DNA of 64,000 bases from Deltaproteobacteria bacterium. GTDB taxonomy: Bacteria; Desulfobacterota; Binatia; DP-6. Positions 60,973 to 64,000 of this stretch are shown here, one piece after another. The notes beneath the pieces are model-generated. The model ran no database searches. It worked only from the letters and a program-made list of their open reading frames with translations, and was not told where the DNA came from. The DNA lies in contig VBKJ01000127.1 of NCBI GenBank assembly GCA_005879795.1, positions 7,427 through 71,426 on the forward strand, in the 5' to 3' direction. How positions within the stretch are numbered: position 1 is the first letter of the stretch; the number at the start of each line of letters is the position of its first letter. Position numbers and translations under genes: made by a program.

Positions 60973-61722
60973 ATGACCCGGCCCCGGACAACCCGAAGCG
61001 GGCCCGAGGCGCCGCTGGTCGTCTACGGCGCGAACGCGGTGCTCGAGCTGCTGCGCAGCGGCGGGCCGGTCGATCGTCTCTGTCTTGGACGGGGGCCGCG
61101 CGAGGCCGAGGTCTCCGCCGCCGCGCGGGCGCGCGGCGTGCGGGTGGAGACCGGGGAGCGGGCGGCGCTCGAGCGGCTGGCCGGCTCGCCGCACCATCAG
61201 GGGGCCGTCGCGGTCACGCCTCCCTTCGTCTACGCGCCGCTCGAGCGGCTCCTCGCCCCGAGCTGCACGAGCGCCCTCGTGCTCGACGGCATCCAGGACC
61301 CGCGCAACCTGGGGGCCATCCTGCGCACGGCCCGCGCCCTCGGCGTGGGTGGGGTCGTCCTGCCCCGCGATCGGAGCGCCGGCGTCACCTCGGTGGTGGC
61401 CGCCGCGTCCGCGGGCCTCCTCTTCGGGCTCCCGCTGGTCCAGGTCCCCAACCTGGTGCGGGCCATGGAGGCGCTCAAGGCGGCGGGCTTCTGGCTGGTA
61501 GGGCTCTCGCCCCGGGGCGGGACGCCGCTGGCGCGCCTGGAGCCTCCGGCCCGCCCCGCTCTGGCGGCCGGCGGGGAGGGCGAGGGGCTCCGACCGCTCG
61601 TGCGCCGGACCTGCGACTTCATGGCGTACATCCCGATGGCGCCCGGCATCGACTCGCTCAACGTCGGGGTGGCGGTCGCGATCGCGCTCTACGAGCTGAC
61701 CGCTCGGCGGCGCGGTTCATAA
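60973..61722 (+). CDS. rlmB: 23S rRNA (guanosine-2251-2'-O)-methyltransferase
   Basis: HQG, DPRNLGAILR, GEGEG, IPM..DSLNV SPOUT motifs. Confidence 0.9.
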   Translation: MTRPRTTRSGPEAPLVVYGANAVLELLRSGGPVDRLCLGRGPREAEVSAAARARGVRVETGERAALERLAGSPHHQGAVAVTPPFVYAPLERLLAPSCTSALVLDGIQDPRNLGAILRTARALGVGGVVLPRDRSAGVTSVVAAASAGLLFGLPLVQVPNLVRAMEALKAAGFWLVGLSPRGGTPLARLEPPARPALAAGGEGEGLRPLVRRTCDFMAYIPMAPGIDSLNVGVAVAIALYELTARRRGS

Positions 61723-61745
61723 CTCCGTTTCCGCGCGTTCGTTCC

Positions 61746-61780
61746 TTGACAGCCTTTCTTGCCGAGAGTAAGAATGCGCG
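61746..61780 (+). promoter_or_regulatory. Candidate sigma-70 promoter of the tRNA/secE/nusG operon
   Basis: Consensus TTGACA, 17-18 bp spacer, TAAGAAT, then GC-rich discriminator GCGCG. Confidence 0.55.
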
Positions 61781-61913
61781 TTTACGGTCATTCACGGACG
61801 GGGGCGTGCTCCCCGCCACTGCCGGGTCCCGCCGCACGGCCCGGGACGCGGCCAAGGAGGTTGCGCGGGAAAGTTCTGGAACGCTGGCTCGCGCCGGAGG
61901 GGTGGTGTGGCCC

Positions 61914-61988
61914 GCCGATGTAGCTCAGGGGTAGAGCAGCTGACTTGTAATCAGCAGGTCGTCGGTTCGACTCCGACCATCGGCTCCA
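61914..61988 (+). tRNA. tRNA-Thr(TGT)
   Basis: GCCGATG/CATCGGC, CCA; GCTGA-CTTGTAA-TCAGC. Confidence 0.96.
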
Positions 61989-62011
61989 GCCGCGGGAGTC
62001 GGAGCCGATGC

Positions 62012-62094
<83 letters not shown>

Positions 62095-62126
62095 TTCGCC
62101 ACGGCAGAACGACGAGAACATGCGGC

Positions 62127-62199
62127 GCGGGAGTAGCTCAGGTGGTAGAGCGCGAGCCTTCCAAGCTCGGGGTCGCGGGTTCGATTCCCGTCTCCCGCT
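62127..62199 (+). tRNA. tRNA-Gly(TCC)
   Basis: GCGGGAG/CTCCCGC acceptor; CGAGC-CTTCCAA-GCTCG. Confidence 0.96.
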
Positions 62200-62200
62200 T

Positions 62201-62273
62201 GCCCACGTAGCTCAGGCGGCAGAGCACTTCCTTGGTAAGGAAGAGGTCACCGGTTCGAATCCGGTCGTGGGCT
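62201..62273 (+). tRNA. tRNA-Thr(GGT)
   Basis: GCCCACG/CGTGGGC acceptor; CTTCC-TTGGTAA-GGAAG. Confidence 0.96.
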
Positions 62274-62293
62274 TCGGGCGCCGGGAGAGCTAG

Positions 62294-62446
62294 ATGCGCG
62301 ATCTGATCACGCTCGTGTGCGACGGGTGCAAGCGGAAGAACTACACCAGCACGAAGAACAAGAAGCTGACGACGGACAAGCTCGCCCTGAAGAAGTTCTG
62401 CCCGGCGTGCCGGAGCCACACGCTCCACAAGGAGGGGAAGGTCTAG
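62294..62446 (+). CDS. rpmG: 50S ribosomal protein L33 (zinc-binding C+ form)
   Basis: [50 protein letters not shown]; below the ORF-track length cutoff. Confidence 0.96.
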   Translation: MRDLITLVCDGCKRKNYTSTKNKKLTTDKLALKKFCPACRSHTLHKEGKV

Positions 62447-62478
62447 GAGCGCGAGCCGGGCGGCGGTCCCGGCCTGCC

Positions 62479-62552
62479 GGGTCAGTAGCTCGAACGGCTA
62501 GAGCACCGGACTCCAAATCCGGGGGTTGCAGGTTCGAATCCTGCCTGACCCG
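62479..62552 (+). tRNA. tRNA-Trp(CCA)
   Basis: GGGTCAG/CTGACCC acceptor; CCGGA-CTCCAAA-TCCGG. Confidence 0.96.
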
Positions 62553-62564
62553 CGTCCTGACGCC

Positions 62565-62783
62565 ATGAACGCTCTCGAATCGCTCAAGCAACCGGTCACG
62601 CGCTCCCGCCAGTTCCTGGAGGAGTGCTGGATCGAGCTCAAGAAGGTGCACTGGCCGAACCGCAAGGAGACGCAGGCGGCGACGGTGGTCGTCATCATCG
62701 GCGTGGTCATCGTCGCGCTCTACCTCGGGGTGGTCGACGCGGCGCTTGCCTGGCTCGTTCAATGGGCGCTCAAGCCGTCATGA
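62565..62783 (+). CDS. secE: Preprotein translocase subunit SecE
   Basis: ELKKVHWP followed by one TM segment; upstream of nusG. Confidence 0.95.
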   Translation: MNALESLKQPVTRSRQFLEECWIELKKVHWPNRKETQAATVVVIIGVVIVALYLGVVDAALAWLVQWALKPS

Positions 62784-63331
62784 CGGCAGAGGACGAGCGG
62801 AGCTGGTACGTGGTGCACACATACTCCGGCTACGAACACAAGGTGAAGGCGGCGCTCGAGGAGCGCATCCGCGGGCTCGGCAAGCCGGAGCTGTTCGGCG
62901 AGATCCTGGTGCCGTCGGAGAAGGTGGTCGAGCTGGTCAAGGGGAAGAAGAAGACCTCGTCGCGCAAGTTCTTCCCCGGCTACATCCTCGTCAACATGAA
63001 GCTCAACAACGAGACCTGGCACATCGTCAAGTCGACGCCCAAGGTGACCGGTTTCCTCGGCGGCGCGACCGATCCGAGCTCGACCCCGTCCATCTCCGAG
63101 GCCGAGGTGCGCGAGATCACGCAGCAGATGGCCGAGGGGGCGGTCAAGCCGAAGCCCAAGGTCCTCTTCGAGCAGGGCGAGCAGGTGAAGGTGATCGACG
63201 GCCCCTTCCAGGACTTCAACGGCGTGGTGGAGGAGGTCAAGCCGGACAAGGGGAAGCTGCGCGTGCTGATCAGCATCTTCGGACGCGCCACGCCCGTCGA
63301 GCTCGACTTCGTGCAGGTGGAGAAGGCCTGA
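62780..63331 (+). CDS. nusG: Transcription termination/antitermination factor NusG
   Basis: [29 protein letters not shown]. Confidence 0.98.
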   Translation: MTAEDERSWYVVHTYSGYEHKVKAALEERIRGLGKPELFGEILVPSEKVVELVKGKKKTSSRKFFPGYILVNMKLNNETWHIVKSTPKVTGFLGGATDPSSTPSISEAEVREITQQMAEGAVKPKPKVLFEQGEQVKVIDGPFQDFNGVVEEVKPDKGKLRVLISIFGRATPVELDFVQVEKA

Positions 63332-63340
63332 GAACGACCC

Positions 63341-63763
<423 letters not shown>

Positions 63764-63771
63764 GGGCGACG

Positions 63772-64000
63772 ATGGCGAAGCGAAGCAAGCGCTACCAGAC
63801 GGCCGCCGCGCGCATCGACCGCGCGCGGCGCTATCCGCTCGACGAGGCGATCCGCGCGCTGCTGGCGGCCGAGGGCGCGGCCAGGTTCGACGAGACGGTC
63901 GAGCTGGCGGTGAAGCTCGGGGTGGATCCGCGCCAGGCGGATCAGAACGTGCGCGGGACGGTCGTCCTGCCGCACGGCACCGGGAAGAGCGTCCGCGTGC
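63772..64000 (+). CDS. rplA: 50S ribosomal protein L1, 5' part
   Basis: [42 protein letters not shown]; runs off the window. Confidence 0.97.
   Translation, partial: MAKRSKRYQTAAARIDRARRYPLDEAIRALLAAEGAARFDETVELAVKLGVDPRQADQNVRGTVVLPHGTGKSVRV

Overview
High-GC bacterial chromosome segment. Gene order and protein families look deltaproteobacterial-like, possibly Candidatus Binatia; this is inference only. 1-15.5 kb is accessory-looking: a NarL-type two-component pair, an ACP-like fusion ORF, and a probable cell-surface protein glycosylation/modification locus (two GT-C-type membrane transferases, a phosphodiesterase-TPR lipoprotein, GT2-GT4-GT2) wrapped around two secreted Cys-rich proteins. 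15.6-39 kb is mostly acyl-CoA/lipid metabolism, plus infA, nadE, an ABC exporter with an unusual permease, a B12 radical SAM enzyme and an apparently exported Hsp20-like protein. 39-64 kb is core housekeeping: sigma-54 activator, rph, rdgB, 12 tRNAs, tig-clpP-clpX-lon-hup, rplM-rpsI, argC, lptFG, rlmB, rpmG-secE-nusG-rplK-rplA. This block is interrupted by a decayed islet behind tRNA-Lys (integrase scar, deleted signalling genes), an internally deleted penicillin acylase gene, and a cyclase-ATPase gene between tRNA-Val and tRNA-Asp. tuf is absent from its usual place after tRNA-Thr(GGT). No CRISPR array, rRNA or intact mobile element was seen. All calls come from reading motifs by eye; no searches were run.
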